From: an uncultured Verrucomicrobiae bacterium
GTDB lineage: Bacteria > Verrucomicrobiota > Verrucomicrobiia > Chthoniobacterales > Chthoniobacteraceae
Assembly: GCA_963769025.1 (NCBI GenBank)
Contig: CAVYKI010000002.1
Span: 128,001-192,000, forward strand
Direction of reading: 5' to 3'
DNA: 64,000 nucleotides
The position numbers were made by a program, and so were the translations under genes. The notes under the pieces are model-generated. The model saw only the letters and a list, made by a program, of their open reading frames with translations, made no database searches and had not been told where the DNA came from. Shown one piece after another: positions 49,703-59,720 of the stretch (its first letter is position 1; each line of letters starts with the position of its first letter).

Positions 49703-50164
49703 ATGAACAAAATCCAAATCACAATTATTGCAGCTCTCATCATCACCTCCGCTGAAAACCACGCTCAATCGGCGAGCGACCGAGCAGCTACAGCGCAAAT
49801 GCACATCAATGCGCTGACCCACGGAATCAATGGAGATAAGATCGTTGCCCAGTCACTTGAAAGGTCGATCCAGCAAACCAACGCGCAGATTCAGCAACTT
49901 CAAAAGCAAAAGGCCGCCCGGCCCAAGACCGTTTCAGACGAAATGATACAAATGCAGGAAGCGGCGCTTGCTAAAGCCACCACACAATTAGACGCTGTGA
50001 ATACCAGAATTTCAGAAAAGGAAAAGTCAAAGCTGCACTACGAACAGGATCTTCGCACAGCGCAGAACACGATGGCACGGGAAAAGAAAAAAGAGCCCGG
50101 CTCAGCCGACGTGCCGCTGGACGAGGCGCTCAAAAGAAAAAAAGGATATCAAAGTGACAAATGA
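49703..50164 (+). CDS. Secreted coiled-coil hypothetical protein (AT-richer)
   Basis: Signal-like MNKIQITIIAALIITS, Gln/Lys-rich heptads; tail of the 510-aa ORF call. Confidence 0.7.
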   Translation: MNKIQITIIAALIITSAENHAQSASDRAATAQMHINALTHGINGDKIVAQSLERSIQQTNAQIQQLQKQKAARPKTVSDEMIQMQEAALAKATTQLDAVNTRISEKEKSKLHYEQDLRTAQNTMAREKKKEPGSADVPLDEALKRKKGYQSDK

Positions 50165-50208
50165 GGGTGACACGCACAATCCCATTCAAAACTAGCTTTT
50201 TACAAACG

Positions 50209-50718
50209 ATGAAACTCTTACTTATATTGCTGTGTATTATTTCGGCCACCCCGCTTTCTCTTGACGCGGCGGATCCCTCTAAGGAAGAAACAATCACGTG
50301 GCTGAAACGGAAATTGACAAAACTTCAAACGGTGTATGAGGTAGGCCCGACATTTGTATCAACCACAATTGAAGAGTTCAGCGTTAATAAGGGCGTGATG
50401 ACCCTAGCCATCAAGAAAACCCAAATAGTGGAATCGTCTGAGGTAGTCAGCGAACAGCGGTACAGCGTCGCATTGAGTGAACTATCCACTAAGGTCCGGG
50501 TTGACACTTGGGAGGTAAACTCTACCCCTCGGTGTTATATGATCGGAATGGAGGTCACAAAAGGAGACGGTGTATCATGGCTCGTCGTTCGCACCGGCAA
50601 AACGGCAAAACTCAAGGGAATGAACATTGTAGTTTCAGATGAAGAGTTGGCAAAGAGGGTCGTTAAGGCGCTTTCAAGCCTCATTAGAGCCTTCGGGGGA
50701 GCCGACGAACCGTTTTGA
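50209..50718 (+). CDS. Secreted hypothetical protein (AT-richer)
   Basis: Signal peptide MKLLLILLCII...; PSKEETITWLK..L start; RVVKALSSLI..FGG..EPF end. Confidence 0.75.
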   Translation: MKLLLILLCIISATPLSLDAADPSKEETITWLKRKLTKLQTVYEVGPTFVSTTIEEFSVNKGVMTLAIKKTQIVESSEVVSEQRYSVALSELSTKVRVDTWEVNSTPRCYMIGMEVTKGDGVSWLVVRTGKTAKLKGMNIVVSDEELAKRVVKALSSLIRAFGGADEPF

Positions 50719-50894
50719 ACCCCTGCGCCTAACGGAGCGAGGGACGGACTGATTATCCTGGAAGACACTCATGCTATGGCTCATTCGGCGCTGCCAGCGA
50801 CGCGCCTCGCGGCGGGTGCGTGATTCGTGTCGCTTTATACCGAGTTGTTCGGAATATATGGCCCAGGCGATTCACAGGCATGGGGCGCTGTCGG

Positions 50895-50942
50895 AGGAAC
50901 AAGGGACAGACTGATTATAGGAACAAGGGACAGACTGATTAT
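50895..50942. repeat. Exact 24-bp tandem duplication, with partial third copy at 50740-50756
   Basis: AGGAACAAGGGACAGACTGATTAT x2; AGGGACGGACTGATTAT upstream. Confidence 0.9.
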
Positions 50943-51163
50943 TTGCTGCAACGATTTCCAGATCATGGCGCAGAAGAACAGCCCGAAGCCCTATGAGGCG
51001 TTCGTGGGAGTGCCCTCCTCCGCGCAATGGGAGGAGCCACAGATGGAGTTCCTGCGCAATGCGACGCCGGTGTGGCCGGTGATGCGCGGGTAGCAGAACG
51101 GGAGACGAGCGGTGTCCGACAGTCGCACCGCATCCAGGATGCCCACCAGGAGTTGGGCGCCCT

Positions 51164-51718
51164 CTAGGTGTCTTTCCCTCGGGTGGGACGGGACTGCCCG
51201 TGCCCGTCGCTTTGCGCTACTTTCTCGTATTCTCGAACGCGCCGGAGGACGTCGGGAGGGAGCGGCTCGTGGGTAATCTGGGACTTCGTCAAGGCCAGCA
51301 GGTCGTTGGCGAGGGTGTCGGTGTCTGAGAGGAGGCCCCGCCATTTGGCGCGCTCGGGCATCATCACATGGGGAAGATATTGGCGTGCGAGATCGAGGAG
51401 GGCGAAGCAGAGCTGCATCGTCTTGGGCGTGGCGTCGGGGTCGCGCTTGAAGAGGAGTGGGTTGTCCGAGAAGCTCTCCATAAGGTCGAAAAGATGGTTG
51501 AGCATGTGCCGGGCGATCGAATCTGCCTCCTTCTTGAGGCGGGTCTGTTCGCGGCGCCGGTCGGCGGATTTCATGGTGGCCTTCGCCTTTGCAAAATCCT
51601 CCAGGTCGCATGCGATCATCGCGAGGCCGCGCGTAGGATCGGCCCGCAGCCAACGACTGAATTCCTCGCGTGTGGGATTATCGGGGTCGGCAAAGTTGTC
51701 GCTGGAAAAGGGTTTCAT
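51164..51718 (-). CDS. Hypothetical helical protein
   Basis: 184-aa ATG ORF with protein-like composition; family not recognised. Confidence 0.6.
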   Translation of the reverse strand: MKPFSSDNFADPDNPTREEFSRWLRADPTRGLAMIACDLEDFAKAKATMKSADRRREQTRLKKEADSIARHMLNHLFDLMESFSDNPLLFKRDPDATPKTMQLCFALLDLARQYLPHVMMPERAKWRGLLSDTDTLANDLLALTKSQITHEPLPPDVLRRVREYEKVAQSDGHGQSRPTRGKDT

Positions 51719-52108
51719 GCGGCAGGGAGTGGCAGGTGGGTTCGAGAAGAGAGGTTCTTTTTCCTTGGTTCGAGTCCGAAAGTGCGCGTGACGATGTGAT
51801 CCGATTTTCGGCAGTCAACGGCAAGCCCCTCACTGCGCATGGGAAACCGGGCTTTGCCGGCTGAGAAAGAAGGGAGTGCCCACGCTGGCGAAGGCACATG
51901 CGATCACCCGCAAGGACTGGGTGGACGCCCCTCACGAGCGGAAGGCGGGAAAAAAACGCTGCCGCGCGCCCCGTAGGCTGGAGGCATTGCGATGAGAGGA
52001 TTGCGACAAGCTGGGCGCGTGCGATCTCTGGGGAGGGATGGCTGCCGGCTGTGCCGCGCTTTTCGCTCGTCAATGTGGACTCGTTCCGTGTTGTGATCGT
52101 CCTCACAC

Positions 52109-52882
52109 ATGTCCACTCCGGCAAAATCCCCGTTTTCCCTCTCAGGCCGCGTCGCGCTCGTGACCGGCAGCACCACCGGGCTCGGCAAGGCGATGGCCGT
52201 AGCGCTCGGGCGCGCGGGCGCGAAGGTCGCGCTCAATTTCCAAAACAACACGGCGCGTGCGGAGAAGGCGCTCGCGGATTTCAAGGCCGCGGGGTGCGAG
52301 GGGATGCTCGTGCGCGGCGATGTGAGCAATGAGGCGGAAGTCGCGCGGATCGTTTCCGAAATCGGGAGCGGGCTCGGGCCGGTGGACATCCTGGTGCTCA
52401 ACGCCACGCCCGCGCAGCCGCAGAAGCCGATCGAGGAATACGACTGGGCGTTCTACCAGCAGATGCTCGATTTTTTCGTGAAGAGCCCCTACCTGCTCTC
52501 GCGCGCGTGCCTGCCGCACATGAAGCAGCAGCGCTGGGGGCGCATCATCAACATCGGCTCCGAGGTCGTCGCGCGCGGCGTGCCGAATTTCACCGCGTAC
52601 ATCGCGGCGAAGGGCGGGCAGAATGGATTCAACCGCGGCCTCGCGACGGAGGTCGCAAAGTGGGGCATCACCGTGAACATGATCGCGCCGGGGTGGATTC
52701 CCGTCGAGCGGCACGCGGATGATCCGCAGGATGTGAAGGACGGCTACCGCGCACTGATCCCTGCGGATCGCTGGGGCGTGCCGGACGATCTCGGCGGCGC
52801 GCTGGTCTTCCTCGCGAGCGATGCGGCGTCGTTCGTCACGGGGCAGAATCTGCACGTGAACGGCGGGATGACGGTGCACTGA
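52109..52882 (+). CDS. SDR family oxidoreductase
   Basis: VTGSTTGLG, LVLNA, YIAAK (YxxxK), IAPGWI, VNGG. Confidence 0.93.
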   Translation: MSTPAKSPFSLSGRVALVTGSTTGLGKAMAVALGRAGAKVALNFQNNTARAEKALADFKAAGCEGMLVRGDVSNEAEVARIVSEIGSGLGPVDILVLNATPAQPQKPIEEYDWAFYQQMLDFFVKSPYLLSRACLPHMKQQRWGRIINIGSEVVARGVPNFTAYIAAKGGQNGFNRGLATEVAKWGITVNMIAPGWIPVERHADDPQDVKDGYRALIPADRWGVPDDLGGALVFLASDAASFVTGQNLHVNGGMTVH

Positions 52883-52917
52883 GCGCGGCGGGAGCCGACG
52901 AAGGCGCTGTCATTTTT

Positions 52918-53022
52918 GAGACGCAGAGACGCAGAGACGCGGAGGAAAGAATTCAGACTCCCCGGTCATTTTGAGCGAAGCAATGACCTTGCTCTGCGAT
53001 GACGCCGGTCTGCGTCTCTGCG
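52918..53022. repeat. CGCAGAGA octamer repeats with inverted partner
   Basis: GAGACGCAGAGACGCAGAGACGCGGAG (52918-52944) and CTGCGTCTCTGCG (53010-53022). Confidence 0.7.
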
Positions 53023-53137
53023 CTTTCTCCATGCATGACCACTCGGAGGCGCACCCGCGGCAGGGATGCGCGCTGGCAAATCTGTTTTCCAAAATGCGCG
53101 CGGCATGTGCAGCATCCGCGCCCTCACTCCCTCGAAC

Positions 53138-54181
53138 ATGAAAATCCCCACGCGACATTTTCTCCTCAGCCTCACCGTCATCGCCGCCACGCTGCTCACC
53201 GGGTGTGACCGCAAGGGGGACGGCGCGTCTTCGGGCTCGGGCAAGAAGAAGCTCGCCTACGTGACGAATGGCGTGGACCCGTTTTGGAACACGGCGACGG
53301 CGGGCGTGCGCGCGGCAGAGAAGAAATTCGGCGTGGAGTGCGAGGTGCTCATGCCGCCGAAGGGCATCGTGGACCAGAAGCGGATGATCGAGGGTCTGCT
53401 CGCGCGCGGCGTGGATGGAATCGCGATCAGCTCCATCGATCCGAAGAACCAGATCGATCTCATCAACGAAGCCGCGGCGCGCTGCCCGGTGATCACGCAC
53501 GACTCCGATGCTCCGGAATCGAAGCGCCTCTGCTTTGTCGGCATGGACAACTACAAGGCCGGCCGCGCCGCGGGGAAACTCGTGAAGTCCGCGCTGCCGG
53601 ACGGCGGAAAGGTGATGATTTTCGTGGGCCGCCTCGAACAGCTCAACTCGCAGCAGCGCCGGCAGGGCGTGATCGATGAACTGCTCGACCGCCCGGCGGA
53701 GATTACCGGCACGACGATGAAGGCGGACCCGAACGGCACGCCGCTCACCGGCGGGAAATTCACCGTGCTCGACACGCGCACCGACAACTTTGACTACGCG
53801 CGCGCCAAGGCGAACGCGCAGGACGCGATGGCATCCGTGCCCGACCTCGCGTGCATGGTCGGCCTCTACGCCTACAACGCGCCGCAGTGCATGGAGGCCG
53901 CGAAGGAGGCGGGAAAAATCGGCACGATGAAAATCGTGAGCTTCGACGAGCAGGAGGCGGTGCTGCAGGGAATCATCGATGGCACGGTCGTCGGGACGAT
54001 CAGCCAGCAGCCGTACTACTACGGGTTCGAGTCGGTGCGCATCCTGGCCGGCCTCGCGAATGGCGACAAATCGGTGTTGCCGCCCGGCGGATTTTTCGAG
54101 GTGCCAATCGTCGAGGTGACGAAGGCGAACGTGGAGCAGTTCCGCGCGGACCTGAAGAAAATGCAGGAGGCCGGAAAGTAG
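53138..54181 (+). CDS. Sugar ABC transporter substrate-binding lipoprotein (RbsB-like)
   Basis: Lipobox LLTGC, DPFW, ITHDSDAP, GMDNYKAG, SFDE, QQPY..G. Confidence 0.92.
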   Translation: MKIPTRHFLLSLTVIAATLLTGCDRKGDGASSGSGKKKLAYVTNGVDPFWNTATAGVRAAEKKFGVECEVLMPPKGIVDQKRMIEGLLARGVDGIAISSIDPKNQIDLINEAAARCPVITHDSDAPESKRLCFVGMDNYKAGRAAGKLVKSALPDGGKVMIFVGRLEQLNSQQRRQGVIDELLDRPAEITGTTMKADPNGTPLTGGKFTVLDTRTDNFDYARAKANAQDAMASVPDLACMVGLYAYNAPQCMEAAKEAGKIGTMKIVSFDEQEAVLQGIIDGTVVGTISQQPYYYGFESVRILAGLANGDKSVLPPGGFFEVPIVEVTKANVEQFRADLKKMQEAGK

Positions 54182-54205
54182 CAGCCGCCGCAGCGGCGCA
54201 CGCGC

Positions 54206-55725
54206 ATGAATCTCCCGGAGCCGAATGCCCGCCCGCTGCTCGAAGTGCGCGGGTTGTGCAAGAGCTTCCCCGGCGTGCGGGCGCTGCGCGACGTGGGCCT
54301 CACGCTCGGCCGCGGCGAAGTGCTCGCGGTGATCGGCGAGAACGGCGCGGGCAAGAGCACGCTGATGAAAATCCTCGCCGGCGTGCAGGAACCGGACAGC
54401 GGGGAAATCCTCGTGAACGGCGAGGCCTTGCGGTTTCCCAATGTGCGCGCCGCGGAGCACGCGGGCATCGCCCTGATCCACCAAGAGCTGAACCTCGCGG
54501 ACAATCTCGACATCGCGTCGAACCTCTTCCTCGGGCGCGAGCCGCAGCGGTTTGGCTTTGTAAATCGCCGACGGCTCTACGCCGACTCGCTCGGATTGCT
54601 TTCGCAGGTCGGACTCGACTGCGCGCCGCGCACGCTTGTGAGCACGCTTTCGCCCGGGCGGCAGCAGCTCGTGGAGATCGCGAAGGCGCTCGGGACGAAC
54701 GCGCGCGTGCTCATCATGGACGAGCCGACATCGAGTCTCAGTCAGCACGAGACGGAGCAGCTTTACCGCGTGGTGAAGGACCTGCGGTCGCGCGGCATCA
54801 GCGTGATCTACATCTCGCACCGGCTCGGCGAGGTGAAGGAACTCGCCGACCGCGTCGTCGTCCTGCGCGATGGCGCGAACGCGGGCGAACTGCAGCGCGA
54901 TGAAATCACGCACGACGCGATGGTGCGCCTCATGGTCGGCCGCGCCCTCGGCCGCCACGACCGCACCGCGCGCGGCCACGGCACGCCGGTGCTCGAAGCG
55001 CGCGGACTCCGCACGGCCGCGCATCCGCGCAAGCCGCTCGATTTTTCCATCTGCCCCGGCGAGATCGTCGGCGTCGCGGGGCTCGTCGGTTCGGGGCGCA
55101 CGGAGCTGCTGCAGGTGCTCTTCGGCATCGAGCCGGCGACGGGCGGCGAGATTCGGATGAATGGAGAGCCCGTGAGCATCACGTCGCCGCTCGATGCGAT
55201 CCGCGCGGGCATGGCGCTCGTTCCGGAGGATCGCAAGCAGCAGGGCGTGATTTTGGAAATGTCCGTCGGGCAGAACACCACGCTCGCCAGCCTGCGGCGC
55301 GACGCGCGCGCCGGTTTTCTGAACCGCAAGCGCGAAGGCGAAATCGCCGTGCAGATGACCGAGCAGCTCCGCGTGAAGACGCCGGACCTCGCGCAGTTCG
55401 TGCAATTTCTCTCGGGCGGCAACCAGCAGAAGGTCGCGCTCGCGAAGTGGCTCGCGCTGGAGCCGCGCGTGCTGCTGCTCGACGAGCCGACGCGCGGCAT
55501 CGACATCGGCGCGAAGCAGGAGATCTACCGGCTCATGGAGGAGCTGGCCGGGCGCGGCGTCGCGATCCTTTTTGTGAGCAGCGAAATGGAGGAAGTCCTG
55601 CGCATGAGCGACCGCACGCTCGTGATGCACGAGGGCCGCATCACCGGCGAACTGCGCCGCGAGGAACTCTCCGAGGAGGCCGTCATGCGCCTCGCCACCG
55701 CACACACCAGCTTCCGACATCATGA
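54206..55725 (+). CDS. Sugar ABC transporter ATPase, RbsA-like (probable frameshift near 55700)
   Basis: [36 protein letters not shown]; expected stop TGA overlaps permease ATG. Confidence 0.92.
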
Positions 55726-56717
55726 AAAAACTCCTCGGGATATTCGGCCTGTTCGTCCGTTTCATCTTCGTCTTCACGGCGACTGCGGAGCAACCGAATT
55801 TCCTCAGCGCCTACAACCTGCAGAACCTCGTCGGGTGGACCTCGCTGTTCGGCATCATCAGCATCGGCGCGGCGTTTGTGATCATCACGGGCGGAATCGA
55901 TCTTTCCATCGGCTCCACGGTCGGGCTGGTCGGCTCGCTGCTCTCGTGGCTGCTCATGCATCAGGGCTGGAGCGAGCCGGCGGCGCTGCTCGCGGTGCTC
56001 GCGGTGTCGCTGCTCATCGGCCTTTCGCATGGGCTGCTCATCACGAAGATGCGGCTGCAGCCGTTCGTCGTGACGCTCTGCGGGCTGCTGCTCTACCGCG
56101 GCATGGCGCGCTTCATCACGGATGATGCGAGCCAAGGCTTTGGCAATTCCCACGACGGGCTGCGCTGGCTGGCAATTGGAAAGCTGGACGTGGGCGGCGG
56201 ATTTGCCGTGCCGGTGTCGGTGTTCATCATGGTGGGCATCGCGGTGATCGCGGCGATTTTCCTGAACCGCACGATCTGGGGCCGGTACCTGCTCGCGCTC
56301 GGGCGCAACGAAACCGCGGCGCGCTACAGCGGCATCAACACTGACCGGATGAAGATCACCGCCTACGTCATCTGCTCGCTGCTCGGCGGCGTCGGCGGGA
56401 TTCTGTTTTCGCTGAATCTGAACTCCATCCAGCCGTCGGGCCTCGGCGAATTTTACGAGCTCTACGCCATCGCCGCGGCGGTGCTCGGCGGATGCAGCCT
56501 GCGCGGAGGGGAGGGGACGATCCTCGGCGTCATCATCGGCACGGCGGTGATGCGCGTGCTCTACAACGCCATCAACATTCTCGGCATCCCGACGCATCTC
56601 GAGTTCGCGATCATCGGCACGGTCATCCTCGCCGGGGTCATCGCCGATGAACTCGTGAAACGCATCGCGACGAAGCGGCGCGCGGTGCGTGCGCTGGCTG
56701 GCGAGGAAGGAAAGTAG
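55722..56717 (+). CDS. Sugar ABC transporter permease (RbsC-like)
   Basis: [49 protein letters not shown]. Confidence 0.93.
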   Translation: MKKLLGIFGLFVRFIFVFTATAEQPNFLSAYNLQNLVGWTSLFGIISIGAAFVIITGGIDLSIGSTVGLVGSLLSWLLMHQGWSEPAALLAVLAVSLLIGLSHGLLITKMRLQPFVVTLCGLLLYRGMARFITDDASQGFGNSHDGLRWLAIGKLDVGGGFAVPVSVFIMVGIAVIAAIFLNRTIWGRYLLALGRNETAARYSGINTDRMKITAYVICSLLGGVGGILFSLNLNSIQPSGLGEFYELYAIAAAVLGGCSLRGGEGTILGVIIGTAVMRVLYNAINILGIPTHLEFAIIGTVILAGVIADELVKRIATKRRAVRALAGEEGK

Positions 56718-56802
56718 TCCAGGGCTTCAGCCCTCAGTGAATTACAAAATAGAACGTTTCTCCGGTTTCCGTGTGGTTTTGCGGGCTGAAGCCCAAGACT
56801 AC
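56714..56802. repeat. REP doublet (REPIN-like), GTAG class
   Basis: GTAGTCCAGGGCTTCAGCCC (56714-56733) and inverted GGGCTGAAGCCCAAGACTAC (56783-56802). Confidence 0.82.
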
Positions 56803-56999
56803 TTTTCGCGCCGCGCTGCGTCGAGGCAGCACTTGCAGATGCATGCGCAACGACGCGTTTCCTCCGGCACGCGCGCGAGGAGTTCCGGCGGGAAGTATTC
56901 CTTCATGCACCAGCACGGACCCTTGCAGCCCGCCTGCTTGGCGAGTTGGCACTCGTTAGGCTGGCCGCAGAGCGGGCAGAGTTCGGGGCTGAAGGACAT
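56799..56999 (-). CDS. Cysteine-rich CWC family protein
   Basis: CPLCGQPNEC...CWC...CICKCC. Confidence 0.88.
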   Translation of the reverse strand: MSFSPELCPLCGQPNECQLAKQAGCKGPCWCMKEYFPPELLARVPEETRRCACICKCCLDAARREK

Positions 57000-57009
57000 G
57001 GCTGGAAAG

Positions 57010-57945
57010 CTAAGGCGCTTCGTTGCGATACGCCTTGTGGCAGGCGGTGCAACTTTGCGTGGCCCGCTTCATCGCGGCGTCGAGTTTGACGCTGTCGGAT
57101 GGCGAAGTGCGGAGGACCTCGCGCAGCGAGGCGACGTCGCGTTCCGAACCGGCAAGCAGCCTGCGATAATCGTCCGGGCGTTTCGCCGGGTCTTCGAGGC
57201 GGGCGAGTTCCCGGAGCAGTTCCCACAACAGCGTGGCGTGATGCGCGGGTGAGTCTTCGGCTTCCGGCGACGGTGTCCTCCACCCAGCGGCCTGCGCGGA
57301 CTTCAGCGCGTCGAAACGCTGGTCGATCGCGACCATCGCGTCCACGAGCGTCGAGGTTTTCGCGGATTCCGGCAGCTCGCCGACGCGCGCGATTTTCTCC
57401 AGCGTCGGCGCGACGAACTCGCGCACTGCGCGGTAGAGGCCGGGGTAGTCGGGCGCGGTTCCGGCCTGCTTCAGCCACGAATCAGCCTGCGCAGGAGACC
57501 AGCCGGCGATGGCTTCGCAGATCACGGCGGCGGCGGCGGGGCCGCGATGTTTTCCGTGGTGGCAGTGGATGAAAATGGTGCCTGCTTCCGGAGCCGCGGC
57601 CTTCACGAGTTCCGGGATGCGACTCGCGGGGATGCCGTCGTAGCCGAACGGCAGATGCACGTAGCGCAGGCCATGTTTTCTCGCCGCGGCGAGGTCCGGC
57701 CTGGCGCCGTCCACGCTGATGATCGTTTTCACTCCCGCATGAGCGAGCGCGGCGAAGGCGGCGTCGCCTGCGGGCTGCGAGCCGGCGAGGATGCGGTTGG
57801 TGACGCGGAATGCGTTGCGGATGCCGGGAAGTTCGATCGGTTGTGGCGTGGCGTGGCCAGCGGCTGCGACGCGGTGAGGCGTGGCGAGCAAGGATGCGAT
57901 CAGTGCGCACATGGCGGCGAGTAGCACCGTGGCGCGCGTGTTCAT
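57010..57945 (-). CDS. Secreted PTP/DUF442-like domain fused to C-terminal class II cytochrome c
   Basis: Signal peptide; GSQP, GVKTIISVD, IHCHHGKHRG (CX5R); helical domain ending CTACHKAYR. Confidence 0.8.
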   Translation of the reverse strand: MNTRATVLLAAMCALIASLLATPHRVAAAGHATPQPIELPGIRNAFRVTNRILAGSQPAGDAAFAALAHAGVKTIISVDGARPDLAAARKHGLRYVHLPFGYDGIPASRIPELVKAAAPEAGTIFIHCHHGKHRGPAAAAVICEAIAGWSPAQADSWLKQAGTAPDYPGLYRAVREFVAPTLEKIARVGELPESAKTSTLVDAMVAIDQRFDALKSAQAAGWRTPSPEAEDSPAHHATLLWELLRELARLEDPAKRPDDYRRLLAGSERDVASLREVLRTSPSDSVKLDAAMKRATQSCTACHKAYRNEAP

Positions 57946-58674
57946 CGATCGCTCAGGTTGAAGCGCACGGGAGCGTCGAGCCGCGAGCCGGGGGCTGCAT
58001 CGCGCACGCGGCAACGCCAGCCGGCCTCGATGGCGGCGCGGTCGAGGCGCGGGAAGCCGCTGCTGCGCGCCCACGGTGACGGAAGTCGGCCTCCCATTTG
58101 CATCCACGACGAGGCGCAGCACCACCACGCCCTGCTCGCCTGCGGCGCGCGACTCCGCCGGATAGGATGCGAGCGGCCGGATGACGAACGACGCCTTCGC
58201 ACTGTTTCGCCGCGGACGGCGTTTCCGGACGATGATGCCCGCGGGTGCGCTCGCGCCGGCCGCGGCGTCCCGTCGTGCTGGAGGAGCGTTGCGCCGGGAC
58301 CCGTCGCGGCGGTTGCGGAGCTGACTTCGGCGAAGGGGTTGCGGTGCGCGGAGGCGGAGTGGGTTTGGCGTGGGAAGTTCGGGAAGCATCATCTCCGGCT
58401 CCTTCCTCGGTGGCTCCGGTCGGCGGAGGAAAGCGGCACGGGCTCCGGTGGCATGACGGGCGGCTGCGGGTCGGCGACTGCGGCAGTGGCGCGGAGGGAC
58501 CGGATTCGACGAGCGTCGACTTCCACGCTGTCGCCTTCGATCGCCGATGCGGGACTTTCCGCGCGCGCGACTTTCCATGCGAAAAGCAGCGCGCCATGCA
58601 CTGCGACCGCGAGCGCGGCGCAGAGCCAGAGCGTGGCGGGCGGCGGGCGGGTGCAACTCGCGGGCGGCGATCAT
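57942..58674 (-). CDS. tonB: Energy transducer TonB (frameshifted)
   Basis: TM with His, Pro-rich linker, YPAESRAAGEQGVVVL, SSGFPRLDRAA, PVRFNL. Confidence 0.85.
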
Positions 58675-59096
58675 CGGCTTACGGCGGGTTTCGGGCGCGT
58701 TTCGAAAGCCACTTTGCCGATGCCCAGCTTCCGTCGTCTCGTCGAGCACGGCGATGGCGAGGCCGAGGCGCGCGTTTTCATCGCCGCGGATGAAGACCCG
58801 CAGGTCCGCGTTTGCTTCGTGCAGCGCGCGCAATTCGGCCACGAGCTGGTTCGAGCGTGCAGTTCGCGCTGGTCGAGATAAAGCTGGCCGGTCTCGGCGA
58901 TGCTCACCGTCACGTGGTCCTGGCGATCCTGCGCGGCGCCGGTGTTCGCGGCGGGGAGGATGAGCGGGATGCCGCGGTTTTTCACCATCGAGAGCGACAC
59001 CATCACGAACGTCGCCAGGAGGAAGAACATGATGTCGATCAGCGGGATGATCTCGATGCGCGCGCGGCTCCTCGGGCGGATGCTCGGAATGTTCAT
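58671..59096 (-). CDS. exbD: Biopolymer transport protein ExbD (frameshifted)
   Basis: IEIIPLIDIMFFLLATF; VFIRGDE in the alternative frame. Confidence 0.9.
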   Translation of the reverse strand: MNIPSIRPRSRARIEIIPLIDIMFFLLATFVMVSLSMVKNRGIPLILPAANTGAAQDRQDHVTVSIAETGQLYLDQRELHARTSSWPNCARCTKQTRTCGSSSAAMKTRASASPSPCSTRRRKLGIGKVAFETRPKPAVSR

Positions 59097-59099
59097 GCG

Positions 59100-59720
59100 C
59101 TATTTTTTCAGGTGAATCTCGGTGTGGCTCGCGGCGTCCTGCATCTCGAGGCGCGCCTCTTCCAGCCGCGCGTTCAGGTAGTTGAAGGGTAGGAGCGCGG
59201 TGATGGCGATGCCGAGGCCGAACGCCGTGGCGATGAGCGCCTCCGCGATGCCGCCGGTGATGGCCGCGGGCGCGCCGAGCTCCGCGCCTCCGAGCATTCC
59301 GAAACTGCGGATCATCCCGATGACCGTGCCGAGCAGGCCGAGCAGCGGCGCTAGCGTGATGGTCGTGTCGAGGATCGTGAGCCCGCGGTTGAAGCGCTTC
59401 AGCTCCCAGTTTGCCGAGCGCAGCATCGCCTCGCTGAACGAGCGATCCCGGTGCGTGAGCGCGTAAGCCAGCGCGCGCGCCACGAAGTCCCGCGACGCGA
59501 TGCCCATGTTTGCCGCGGCGTCGGGATCGCCGCGTTCCACCTGCGTGAGCATTTCGTCCACGTCGGCCGCATTCCGCCGCGCGCGCTCGCGCGCGATGAA
59601 AATGAAACGCTCCAGCACCACCGTGAGCACCACGATGGAGAGGAGGAGCAGCGGCCACATGATGGGGCCGCCCTTGTAAAAGATTTCGATCACTGTTCGG
59701 AGAGTAGTGCGGAAGCCCAT
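59100..59720 (-). CDS. exbB: MotA/TolQ/ExbB proton channel
   Basis: GGPIMWPL, APLLGLLGTVIGMI, GIAEALIATAFGL. Confidence 0.92.
   Translation of the reverse strand: MGFRTTLRTVIEIFYKGGPIMWPLLLLSIVVLTVVLERFIFIARERARRNAADVDEMLTQVERGDPDAAANMGIASRDFVARALAYALTHRDRSFSEAMLRSANWELKRFNRGLTILDTTITLAPLLGLLGTVIGMIRSFGMLGGAELGAPAAITGGIAEALIATAFGLGIAITALLPFNYLNARLEEARLEMQDAASHTEIHLKK

Noticed and set aside
50827..51093. 88-aa ORF spanning the 24-bp duplication
   Set aside because: Weak GTG start, repeat-derived sequence and no motifs; at most a gene remnant.
54206..56125. C-terminally extended 639-aa ABC ATPase
   Set aside because: The extension overlaps the permease out of frame; better explained by an indel near 55700.
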